Part shown: positions 1 to 9,657 of the stretch, piece after piece
How positions within the stretch are numbered: position 1 is the stretch's first letter
Layout of the letters: each line of letters starts with the position of its first letter
Source: Monocercomonoides exilis PA203
Lineage: Eukaryota > Protista > Preaxostyla
Assembly (NCBI GenBank): GCA_001643675.2
Contig: LSRY02000006.1
Coordinates: 1,364,001 to 1,428,000 of the forward strand
Direction of reading: 5' to 3'
Length of the DNA stretch: 64,000 bases
Notes under the pieces: generated by a model
Told to the model about the DNA's origin: nothing
The model's database searches: none
The model's input: only the letters and a program-made list of their open reading frames with translations
Made by a program: the position numbers and the translations under genes

Positions 1-277
1 CATTCTTCATTAATTGTGTGTAAAAATATTAATAGAATATTTTTGTAAATCTTTTGAAAAGCAGTGTTCTTTCAATTTAAGCAAGATAATAATATTTCAG
101 AATTTCTCTCTGATTTTTAAATTTTGTAATTGGACAAAAGAAAGCAAAGAAAAATATCTGAAAAAAGACGAAAAAACATTTAATTCACAAATATCATTGA
201 TATTTCAACAATAACAATGTTTTTTTCGACTTTTGTTGATTTTTGTCAATTTTTTGAAAATTTGATGTTATTCGAAC

Positions 278-325
278 TTTCGATTTCGTTTGAAAGTCTT
301 TCGATTTTGAATAATTTTTGGTGTA
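278..325 (+). repeat. 48-bp dispersed repeat (second copy at 36028-36075)
   Basis: TTTCGATTTCGTTTG.AA.T.TTTCGA.TTTGAAT.ATTTTTGGTGTA; 43/48 identical by manual alignment. Confidence 0.85.
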
Positions 326-415
326 TCTTTCTTAAAAGAAAATAGATCCAAACTCAAAATATATTTTTGAAAGAAATACAATATTGTTTAGTGTTTCAGA
401 GGAAGAGCAAGAGTC

Positions 416-3400
416 ATGCTTTTCGCGAGTTTTAGTGTCTTTATAATTATTTACGCTCTGTTATGCACAAGATATATCTCTTGGAAAGGAGATGAATCCA
501 AAAAGTACGATTTGCAGAAATATGGCATTGGAAGCCTTGGAGACGCAAATGAGACAAACAAAAATGTGCATTCCTCATATGATATGAATTCAATCAATGT
601 GGTGAAGTCTAATGAGCTGCATGTTTTAGATTCATCTGACTGGTCGCAAAATACAGAAAAGATCATAAAACGATTGCAGGAGGATTCAGAGAGGGCATTT
701 GATCATAACTCTGTTGCAGACGCACTCAATGATGCAAAAAATGAGTGGAGCTGGATTTGCAGCAGGATGATGGTCCTGAACTCGTCGTTGGCAGTTGAGC
801 AAATAAATATAATCCAAAAAATCACTTCTACCATTTCTGTGAGAAATGAATTGTCTTCATTGTCTGTTAGTAATTGCATCATAAGCGTGGAGATGGAGTT
901 AGAACGTTCTCCTTTTGACTGTGCAGGAGGAACGATCAGAATGACAAATATTTCTTACAGAAGTCTATTTATGAAGCGGGCGTGGCCATCTTTTGTCTCA
1001 GCAAGCTCCTGCACACAACCTTTGATGAGAGGTGTTCATGTTTTGTGTTGCACATTTTCTTCATTTTGTACCTCGTTTGCGAATCCGTTCATTGGAGATG
1101 TCGATTTGTCATTTGCCTCTGCTTCTTTTTGCTGCTTCCACAACATTTCTGTTCAGAGCAGCAACAAACACTTAAAGGAAAGGCATTCTTTGCAAGAGAG
1201 CAAAATGGAAGGCTGCATGGTAGCTGATTGCGTTTGCCCGTTTTATGGAGTGATCATTTCTGGCTCTCGTGGATGTGGCTTTAGCTCCTCAAACGCTTCT
1301 TTCATTCGTTCAAGAAACACTATTTCTTATCAGAGCTACACGAATAAAACACAATCATTTTCAGAAGGAGAAATCAAATTCGAAGATTGCACTTTTATAA
1401 AATGCAGCGCTGATAATGGTGGAGCAATAGCTGTGAGCGTAAGTGCCAAGCTCACCGTTGACAAATGCACCTTTTCTGAATGCACCGATACATTTGATGG
1501 TTTTTATGGTTATGGGGGTGCAATTTTTAGCAATGGAAGCGACTGCTACATTGAAAATTCAATATTTAATTGCTGCAAAGGAACGGGAGTACAATCTATT
1601 GGAGGAGCATTTGCTCATATAACAAATAATTTTTCTTTGATTCTTGGTTGTTCTTTTGAAAACTGTTCAGCAGCTTATGGAGGAAGCGTTGGATGGTATG
1701 TTGGAGGAAGTGGATCAATTTACAACACTATCTTCAAAGGCAACAAAGCTTTTAATTTTTATGCTGGAGTTGTATTTCTTCAGTTTCCTAAAGTTGATTT
1801 TGTGATGTCAAATTGTTATTTATTAAAAGGAGATTCGCAGCTGGGAGCAGGTGGCTTTGATGCAGCATTTAATAATTACAGTAAGATCATCAAAATTCTG
1901 TTTTGCTTATTTGAAAACAATACAGTGCAGAAAACGACACACTCCGCAGATATTTTTATTGGAAATGGATTTAGCTTAGCTGATGCCACAGTTCAGATAT
2001 TGCAAAGTTTTTCTCTTTCAACGGCTCCAAGAAAAGTCGTTCAATGCGTTGCATACGCAGTAGATTGTGGAGATAAAGGCGTTGCGTATGATTCATATCT
2101 GCCAGCTCCTCAGTCAGAAATACACATTAGCAATTCTGGAAGCGATGTGAACACTTGTGGAGGAACAGACTTGGAATGCCAAACAATAGAATATGGAGTG
2201 ACAAGATGGAGAGAACAACTGAATCAAAATGTGTATGTGAATGGAGAAGATTTTGAAGAAAATGTGATTGACATTGATTGGAGAAATATCGTTCTCAGTG
2301 GAGCAGAGAACAACTCATCTGTAATAAACTGTCGCGAAGCCTCGTCAAATGGTTGCTTGATCTCCATCGGCAATGGTTCGCTGAATATAAAGATGATTCG
2401 ATTTGTTTGTGTGTTCAATCGATCTGCAATAGCAATTGGGTCCTCTGGGTCGCTTGAGCTGGAGCTGTGCAATTTCGCCAAAAGCTCCCAATCAACACAA
2501 CTATCAACAAAATCCGTGATTCAAGTTGAAGAAGGTTCGTTGACGATGAAATTCGTGAATGTCTCTGGATTTGGATTTTCGCAAAGCTGTGCAATTGCTT
2601 TGTCGGATTGCAAATCAATCTCTCTTGCCAATTCTTCTTTTTGGAATATTGAGAGTGAGCAGAATGGTGGGTGCGTGTGTGCAGCGTGGAGCGAAAGTTC
2701 AGAGGATATCTGCCCTGCCTCAATGAGTGACTGCACTTTTGAACATTGTGTTGTTTCTGGGGATGGAAATGGAGGCGGGGCGCTGTTCCTCTCTTTGAAA
2801 AGTTCGTGCTTAACAACAATTTCGGGATGTTCGTTCGGAGAATGTGAGGCACCTTTCGATTCGCAGGAGGGATTCGGGGGAGGGATCTTTCTGAATCTTG
2901 AGCACTCCGATGCAGCATTTGCCATCACAAATCCATCTTTTTCGTCAGAAAAGCCGAATAAAGCGAAGCATGGAAACGACGTGTTTGTCCAATCCCCAGA
3001 CCTGAAGGAATCGATCACGAACGAGACGCTTCCTTTTGCTTATGCATTAGGACACAGCTCCTTCGATGATTTGTGCGGGTTCCATGAAAATGATCGCGAG
3101 CACTCGATTCCGTTGGTTCTGTTTCTGGAGGAAGTTGGGAGCACAATCCATGTTGGAAGCGAGGATGGTGCTGATACTGTAGTGTGTGGGTTCTCGGATT
3201 ATCCGTGCCAGTCAGTTGGCTATTGTGTGGAGAGGCTGACAGGGGTGAGCGCAACGGCAATTGCTGTCGTTGACTCAGCAATAATTGAAAGCGAACTGAA
3301 TCAGCCCAATTTGATCTTGAGATCGTCGAATGCATCAAAAGCTGGAATCACTTGTGCCAAATCGCTGAATACACTGACTGGGAAAGCGATGACAGCCACA

Positions 3401-6400
3401 GGGAATGTATCCATCGAGCTAATCCGCTTTTTGCTTCTTTCTTCTTTTGATGCTGAGATCGAAACATTGATATCCTTGACTTCTGAGAGCAACCTGTCGC
3501 TGACAAAGTGCGCATTCGAGATGCAGCAGGGCGAGCTCGGACAGATAGGTTACTGGCTGTTTCAGATGTGCGGAGGAATCATCAATATCGAAAACTGTCT
3601 GTTTAATTCAGCGAATCTTCAGCATGCGCCTATCGCAGCGAGCGAGAACACAGCCAGCACCCCAACAACGATTATTTCATTGAATGTGAAGAACACAGAC
3701 ATTGGCGATCAGCCTCTCATCTGTGTGATTCCATCGTCAACATCCAAACAATTGAATGATGGTGCGACGAGTGACAAGGCCATCTCTCTTGTGCAATGCT
3801 CTTTTGAAGGGATCACCAACGGCGATGCAAACAGCGCTGTGTTAATTGCATCCTCAATTTCAAGCCATGTTGAGTGTTTGCATTGGAATGTCACGAATGT
3901 CAAAGGCACCCAGAGCATGGAAGGAGGCACGATGAAAGTTGCTGTTGAAGCTCAAGGGCAATTTACGATGGAAAACGCCACATTCACGAAATGCTGCGCG
4001 GAAAATGAAACAGATGGGAAAGGAGGAGGCATCTATTTCGACTGTTCGGCTTCCAATGCATTCTCCTTCCAGCAGATAGCCTTCGATCAATGCTCTGCAA
4101 AGCATGGGAAAAACATGTTTTTTCTTTCGTCAGACCTGAATGTTTCCATCACAAAGCAGACATTGACATTTGAAGTCAGCGAGACAGCAGGCGATACAAA
4201 TCTGTTCGTGGGAAACGACACCACGAAGACAAACTTCGATCTTTGCCGATTTCTGATTGGATATGCTTCTCAAAAAATCCATCTCAGCAAGAACAGAGGC
4301 TGGGATGTTCTTCGCTGCGGGAGCGAGAGCGAGCCATGCGCAACAATGCAGTACGGCCAGAAGCATTTCTGTGCTTCAGATAATCCATCACAATCAAACA
4401 TGAGCATTTTCCTCGTTATCGATGAAGTTCAAGTAAACTGCGAAGTCGACATTTCAAACGTCACAGTAACTTCAGTTGATGCCAAGTCTCGTCCTGCCCT
4501 GACTTTCGGAGCAGCCATTTCACATCAAGCAGGAAAGGAAGAAGAAAGCGATTCTGTGCTGACAAACAATGGAAAATGCTCCCTCATTAATATTGATGTC
4601 TGCTGCGGGGATGGATCCGAATGGAGGCAGACGAAGCTGATAAGCACTGCTGGCAGCTCCTTTGCTGCTCAAAGCTGCTCGTTTGCCAGCGCCTCTGAGG
4701 CAGCCATTCCTTATTGTGTTGTTGCCTGCTTGTCAGGAACATGCGATATGTCATTCTGCTCGTTCCAATCCATCAGATGCAAAAATCACATTCTGATGGC
4801 ATCTCATGAGAGCAGCATTGACTTGATGAATGTCTCGATGAGCAACATGGAGCCGATGGGCAAAAGCATTGTGGCAGTGTTGGCGCAGGCTGAGTGGAGA
4901 GGCGAGTCGCAGAGATTGAATGAAGGTGGCAGTCCAACAGTGCAACTGAAATGCTGCACACTCCATTCGCTTCTCCAAAATGCACCGTATGAGCCCTCCA
5001 TCATCAGCTGCACTGGCAGCGAGCCTTGCAGCGTGTCTGTGCAAAACACATCGATGAAGAACTGTGGAAACAGCCAAAGTGAGAAAGGTGGAGGAATGAT
5101 CATGAGCCTGAACGAAGGAAGATATTTCGAGTGTTGTTTTTCTGCTATCTCGGAGTGTTTCTGCTCGGAAAGTGGAAGAGGAGGAGCAATATTCCTGGAT
5201 TGCTCATCAATCGCGAGCGATGGTCCTTTGCCGTTCCTCTTGAAAAACACAACTTTCATGAACAACAAGGCGCTTATAGGAAGAGATCTGTATGTGAGAT
5301 GCACGAATATCAGATCTCAAATAAGCATTGAGCTTTTCCAGCTCGATTTCAGACCTCCGTTTGTTCGGGAGCTTGCCATGTGGGGGTGCACAGCACAGAA
5401 TTATTATGACGAGCAAGATCTTTTGCTTCTTGTGGTCGTGTATCAGAGTGAGACGATATTTGCGTCTTCTTCAACCGACAATGCCTCTGACACGCGCCAA
5501 TGCGGTACAATGAGCGAACCATGCATTTCATTGAATGTTGCGCTGCCACACATCATTCCTTCAGTTTACAGCAATTTGCTGATTGACAAAAGCGCTGAGG
5601 TGACAGGGGAAGCAAGCGCTTGCGATGTCTCGATCAAGTCGCTGGATGCGGAAGGCGTCAGGGGGAATGTTGTGCTGAACAGCAGCATCGGAAGCAAGAC
5701 GAAAAGCCTCGTTTCGTGCTCATCGAGAGTGAAAATGGAATCTCTTTCGTTTTTGTTTGGAAGAGCTTTTTCTTCTTCTCATTTAAGTTTGTTATCACTG
5801 ACTGATGGCAACTTGTCTATTGCAGATACAGCATTTGCTCAAGAAGATTGGAGTGGAAACTCCGAAATGAGACTGAACTGCTCCATCGTTCTCGTGGAGA
5901 ATGGCAGGCTGCTGATCAACGAATGCACTTTTGCCTCCCTCCATCTTGGTTCTCCATGCGTAGCAGCAAAAGGGGGACAATATTGCTCATTTATGAACTT
6001 GAACATTTCTGATGTGAATTCTGATATCTTGTTTGATTTCCGCAATCTGGTGAACCTCTCCATGCTGCAGGTGCTTATTTCCAGTTGTGAACTTGAACAA
6101 TCCGCTCTGATCCATCACAACTGCAAAGATTCTCAGCTCCAAAAAATTCAAGTCAGAAATGTTGAGAGCAAAACAAGCTTGATTGTGTTTTCCTCAGACG
6201 GTTTTGGTGCTTGCTTGAACATCCAGTGCTATCATTCCGAATTTGATTCCATATCCGTGCTGTCTGGCTCCTTGCTTTCCATCGAATGCCAAGATGCAAA
6301 TGTCGAGATGAACAATCTGTCATCGACAAAAACAGTGCTGACAAATGGTTGCGCTGTGAACCTTGTATCTGCAAATTCCTCATTAAGTATCAGGCAATCA

Positions 6401-8587
6401 TCGTTTCAAAACATATCCAGAGATTCAATGGGCCCATGCTGCCTGGCTGGTTCACTTTCATCACCATCGTTCGAATTGGAGAACTGCTCATTCAGAAAGT
6501 GCATTTCTCCCTCAGATAAAGGGAGCATCTCCGCTTTGTCTAGCTTATCCAATGCAAGCATAACTTCGTGTGCATTTGATGGAGAAACTGACCCACAACA
6601 GTTAAGATCCAACACAGATTCATTCAAAGATTTGTGTAAGTGGAATGGCTCCATGATCGATCTTTTCAATTGCTCGGGAAGGATTATTGACACGAGTGTT
6701 TCCAATTCATCTAAAGGAGGGCTGTCTGTGTCAGACGGAAACATCTCCATTCAATTTGGATTGTTTTCCAACAACAGTCCGAATGCAGTAGGCTATCCAT
6801 CCATGAGGAACAACATCGTCTGTTCAGACCATGCGCTTCTGAATATTCAAAGCCTGAAAGGCGGAGATGGCTTAAAAGAGAACTCATCACTTTGGATTTT
6901 GAACTTGGGATGCAACCTTTCTGGAATTGCTTCAGAAAGAGCCTCTCCATTCTTCATTCCAAAGCTGACTTCGGTGAAGTCTTACCAACAAGGCAATAAC
7001 CTTGCGATTAACCTTGCTGGATCCTTGCTCCTGCCCTGTGACTTGTCCCTCCAGGTTGATTCCTTCGATGGCTCAGTTCACAATCTGCAGGTGTATCCGC
7101 TGCAGCCAGAGGAGTTTGCAGGCGAAACAGAGATTCACACATCCATTCCAGTATCAATTGTTACAGCTGCATCTGAAGCCACAGAAGTGTCTGTGAAAAT
7201 CTTGTTTGGAACGATTGGTTCGCCTTCATCAACTGATTCGTTCATTCTGAAGAATGCGAGCGAAACAAAGGAAAACGGAGATGAAGCGATTGTTGAAGGA
7301 GGAAAAGAAGGGAAATCGATTTGGCCAATGATTGTGATTATTATGGCCTTTGTTCTTTTGATTATTTTGATAATTGCGGTGATTTCAACTGTTCGATGGA
7401 GAAAACAAAAGAGAAGAGCAGAAGAATTGGAGATAATCGTGGAAGACACAGTGAAAAAGGATCCAAAGTTGATTGAGATGGTGACGATGGAGATGTCGCC
7501 TGAAGAGCAGTGGAGGAGAGCAGAGAGAGAGGCAGAGAAGAAAAATGAGGAAAGGATAAAGAAGAGAATGAATGGAAAGGAGATGCAGCATTCGGAGTCT
7601 GAAGAGTATCTTTTGAGCGAGAGTGGCTCCACTGAATACATCTTGGGAAAGGATTCAGACAAGATTCCTGAATGGATGCTGGAGAAAGCAGACGATGATG
7701 AAACAAGAAAAAGAACTCCATCACCATCCATCTCATCCACTTCAACGACAGATACGTCAGACACAGAATCCACTTTTGTTCGGAGAGAGGACTTGTGCCC
7801 AACCACTTCATCGATGTCGAACTTGGTGGATGCAATGGCCTGTTCGTCTCCTCATGAAAAACTGATTGTGGATCTGAGGGATTCGCTGTTCATGTTGCTT
7901 CATGGAAGGAATAAGACAAAGGAGATGGCGATTGGCACTCTTCAGGAAAGAGAACAAACAGCTGCTCAGATCCTGTTCTGGGTGGCTAATCTCGCGCTCC
8001 ATTCATTTGATGAAATGGATAATCCTCTCTCATCTCTTACCAATCTCAGTCCACACATTGTGCTTTTCTCAGAACATATGATCATTTGCATTGCAATGCA
8101 TTCAGACTGTTCTTCTGATGATTCAGATTCAGATTCATCATCCGTCTTTTCGTGTTCATCTGACTGCTCGACTGTGAGTGATGATGATAGAAACTCCCTG
8201 CCTTCAACTGCGTTTGAGGATGATGAAGGCAATCGATATGAGTGCATGCGGTGGAAGGCGCCTGAGCTGCTAATCAACAAGAATAATATAGCAACAAAGG
8301 AATCAGTTGTGTTTTCGATTGGGATAATGTTGTGGGAGTGTCTGACGCTGCAGATCCCGTTTGGAGATTATGAAGGGGAGGTGGCAGGGCAGAAGATTGT
8401 GAATGGAGAGAGGCCGAGCGTGGATGGTGTGATGGAATCGGATCTTGCAGAAACAGTAGAGGGGTGCTGGGCAGGGGAAAGCGAAGCCAGGCTGAGTGTT
8501 GTTGAGCTGAAGAGAGTGTTCATTCAGCACTTCCCGAAAGAGGCAGTGGTTATGACGATGTCAGATGCAATCGATTTTGCAACGTGA
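416..8587 (+). CDS. 2723-aa intronless single-pass receptor-like protein: Cys-rich right-handed beta-helix (pectin lyase-like/Pmp-like) ectodomain, TM helix, cytoplasmic tyrosine-kinase-like pseudokinase remnant
   Basis: Hydrophobic N-terminus. Many GGA(I/L/F) and FxxC repeats. Four 'I(H/F)xS..G.D...CG....PC.(T/S)' modules. TM IWPMIVIIMAFVLLIILIIAVISTV (~7319-7393) followed by RWRKQKRR. C-terminal RWKAPE...SVVFSIGIMLWECLTLQIPF...NGERP matches kinase subdomains VIII-X. Confidence 0.9.
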   Translation: MLFASFSVFIIIYALLCTRYISWKGDESKKYDLQKYGIGSLGDANETNKNVHSSYDMNSINVVKSNELHVLDSSDWSQNTEKIIKRLQEDSERAFDHNSVADALNDAKNEWSWICSRMMVLNSSLAVEQINIIQKITSTISVRNELSSLSVSNCIISVEMELERSPFDCAGGTIRMTNISYRSLFMKRAWPSFVSASSCTQPLMRGVHVLCCTFSSFCTSFANPFIGDVDLSFASASFCCFHNISVQSSNKHLKERHSLQESKMEGCMVADCVCPFYGVIISGSRGCGFSSSNASFIRSRNTISYQSYTNKTQSFSEGEIKFEDCTFIKCSADNGGAIAVSVSAKLTVDKCTFSECTDTFDGFYGYGGAIFSNGSDCYIENSIFNCCKGTGVQSIGGAFAHITNNFSLILGCSFENCSAAYGGSVGWYVGGSGSIYNTIFKGNKAFNFYAGVVFLQFPKVDFVMSNCYLLKGDSQLGAGGFDAAFNNYSKIIKILFCLFENNTVQKTTHSADIFIGNGFSLADATVQILQSFSLSTAPRKVVQCVAYAVDCGDKGVAYDSYLPAPQSEIHISNSGSDVNTCGGTDLECQTIEYGVTRWREQLNQNVYVNGEDFEENVIDIDWRNIVLSGAENNSSVINCREASSNGCLISIGNGSLNIKMIRFVCVFNRSAIAIGSSGSLELELCNFAKSSQSTQLSTKSVIQVEEGSLTMKFVNVSGFGFSQSCAIALSDCKSISLANSSFWNIESEQNGGCVCAAWSESSEDICPASMSDCTFEHCVVSGDGNGGGALFLSLKSSCLTTISGCSFGECEAPFDSQEGFGGGIFLNLEHSDAAFAITNPSFSSEKPNKAKHGNDVFVQSPDLKESITNETLPFAYALGHSSFDDLCGFHENDREHSIPLVLFLEEVGSTIHVGSEDGADTVVCGFSDYPCQSVGYCVERLTGVSATAIAVVDSAIIESELNQPNLILRSSNASKAGITCAKSLNTLTGKAMTATGNVSIELIRFLLLSSFDAEIETLISLTSESNLSLTKCAFEMQQGELGQIGYWLFQMCGGIINIENCLFNSANLQHAPIAASENTASTPTTIISLNVKNTDIGDQPLICVIPSSTSKQLNDGATSDKAISLVQCSFEGITNGDANSAVLIASSISSHVECLHWNVTNVKGTQSMEGGTMKVAVEAQGQFTMENATFTKCCAENETDGKGGGIYFDCSASNAFSFQQIAFDQCSAKHGKNMFFLSSDLNVSITKQTLTFEVSETAGDTNLFVGNDTTKTNFDLCRFLIGYASQKIHLSKNRGWDVLRCGSESEPCATMQYGQKHFCASDNPSQSNMSIFLVIDEVQVNCEVDISNVTVTSVDAKSRPALTFGAAISHQAGKEEESDSVLTNNGKCSLINIDVCCGDGSEWRQTKLISTAGSSFAAQSCSFASASEAAIPYCVVACLSGTCDMSFCSFQSIRCKNHILMASHESSIDLMNVSMSNMEPMGKSIVAVLAQAEWRGESQRLNEGGSPTVQLKCCTLHSLLQNAPYEPSIISCTGSEPCSVSVQNTSMKNCGNSQSEKGGGMIMSLNEGRYFECCFSAISECFCSESGRGGAIFLDCSSIASDGPLPFLLKNTTFMNNKALIGRDLYVRCTNIRSQISIELFQLDFRPPFVRELAMWGCTAQNYYDEQDLLLLVVVYQSETIFASSSTDNASDTRQCGTMSEPCISLNVALPHIIPSVYSNLLIDKSAEVTGEASACDVSIKSLDAEGVRGNVVLNSSIGSKTKSLVSCSSRVKMESLSFLFGRAFSSSHLSLLSLTDGNLSIADTAFAQEDWSGNSEMRLNCSIVLVENGRLLINECTFASLHLGSPCVAAKGGQYCSFMNLNISDVNSDILFDFRNLVNLSMLQVLISSCELEQSALIHHNCKDSQLQKIQVRNVESKTSLIVFSSDGFGACLNIQCYHSEFDSISVLSGSLLSIECQDANVEMNNLSSTKTVLTNGCAVNLVSANSSLSIRQSSFQNISRDSMGPCCLAGSLSSPSFELENCSFRKCISPSDKGSISALSSLSNASITSCAFDGETDPQQLRSNTDSFKDLCKWNGSMIDLFNCSGRIIDTSVSNSSKGGLSVSDGNISIQFGLFSNNSPNAVGYPSMRNNIVCSDHALLNIQSLKGGDGLKENSSLWILNLGCNLSGIASERASPFFIPKLTSVKSYQQGNNLAINLAGSLLLPCDLSLQVDSFDGSVHNLQVYPLQPEEFAGETEIHTSIPVSIVTAASEATEVSVKILFGTIGSPSSTDSFILKNASETKENGDEAIVEGGKEGKSIWPMIVIIMAFVLLIILIIAVISTVRWRKQKRRAEELEIIVEDTVKKDPKLIEMVTMEMSPEEQWRRAEREAEKKNEERIKKRMNGKEMQHSESEEYLLSESGSTEYILGKDSDKIPEWMLEKADDDETRKRTPSPSISSTSTTDTSDTESTFVRREDLCPTTSSMSNLVDAMACSSPHEKLIVDLRDSLFMLLHGRNKTKEMAIGTLQEREQTAAQILFWVANLALHSFDEMDNPLSSLTNLSPHIVLFSEHMIICIAMHSDCSSDDSDSDSSSVFSCSSDCSTVSDDDRNSLPSTAFEDDEGNRYECMRWKAPELLINKNNIATKESVVFSIGIMLWECLTLQIPFGDYEGEVAGQKIVNGERPSVDGVMESDLAETVEGCWAGESEARLSVVELKRVFIQHFPKEAVVMTMSDAIDFAT

Positions 8588-9657
8588 AGCAGTGGAATGG
8601 GATGAGAGGTGGCTGCCTGGAAAGAGAATGTGGGCGATGGGAAGAAGAGTTTGTTGGGGAACCGCGAATTGGGGATATGAAAATTGAAATAGAAGGGTTG
8701 TTCTAGCTGAAAGAGTTTGTGTGAGAAATCGATAAAATGAATTAGTCTGTATTTGAAAATGTATTGTGCGTGGTTTGAGTATCGCCAATACTTGTAATTC
8801 AAATGTGTATCTTTTTATTCATTCATGCGTTTTTTTATTACATTTTCTGTTATTACAATTCAATTATAAGAAGCCATATTTTCTTTTGTGTATTCAACTT
8901 TATTGTTTTATGTTAATTGTGCTTTTGAGCGCATTTTAAGCTTTTTTGTTTCATTCATCATTATTTTACAAGATTTTTCTTTTTTGTTTTATATATCATC
9001 ACCTGTTTGAAACACCGCTTTGTGAAAATTGCCTCTTGTTATCTCTTTTTTGTTCTGTTTTTCCATTCATATGTGTAATTTCAAAATGTTGAATTTTTTT
9101 AGTTTGTGTACGATTTCTTTGATGAGTTTTACAATCGTTATTCTTCAAACACCATTGATTTTTAATCATTAAAATTTGTTTCTTCTGAGTTTGTGATTTT
9201 TCGTTGTTATAAATTTAAGTTTTTGAAGCGAAAAACTTTATAAAAACGCTATCAGTATTTGATAGATTTGTTTATTTTGAAAATTATTCAAACAAAAAAT
9301 CGTTTATTTAGATGAAAACAAGTTAATGATCTTTGAATAAACATTCTTTTATTATTTATTCGTCAAGGAAATAGGCAAGAAGAGAAGCAACCGACTTTTT
9401 TTTATGAACATTTTTTGAAAGCTATATTTATATTAATCTCATTGATAATAATAAACAAAAACATAAGTTTTCAAAAAAAAAAAAGAAAAAAGAAAAAAAA
9501 AAATAAAAAGCACTTAATTTAAAAATATAATACGATGGTTACAACTTAAATAATTTGTTATTTTTAAGATTGTAGATAATTGGAAAATTGCGAAGTGAAA
9601 AATTAAAAACAAAAAGAACAAAATAAATCTCAATGAAATGAACACTGCTCTCTTTTT

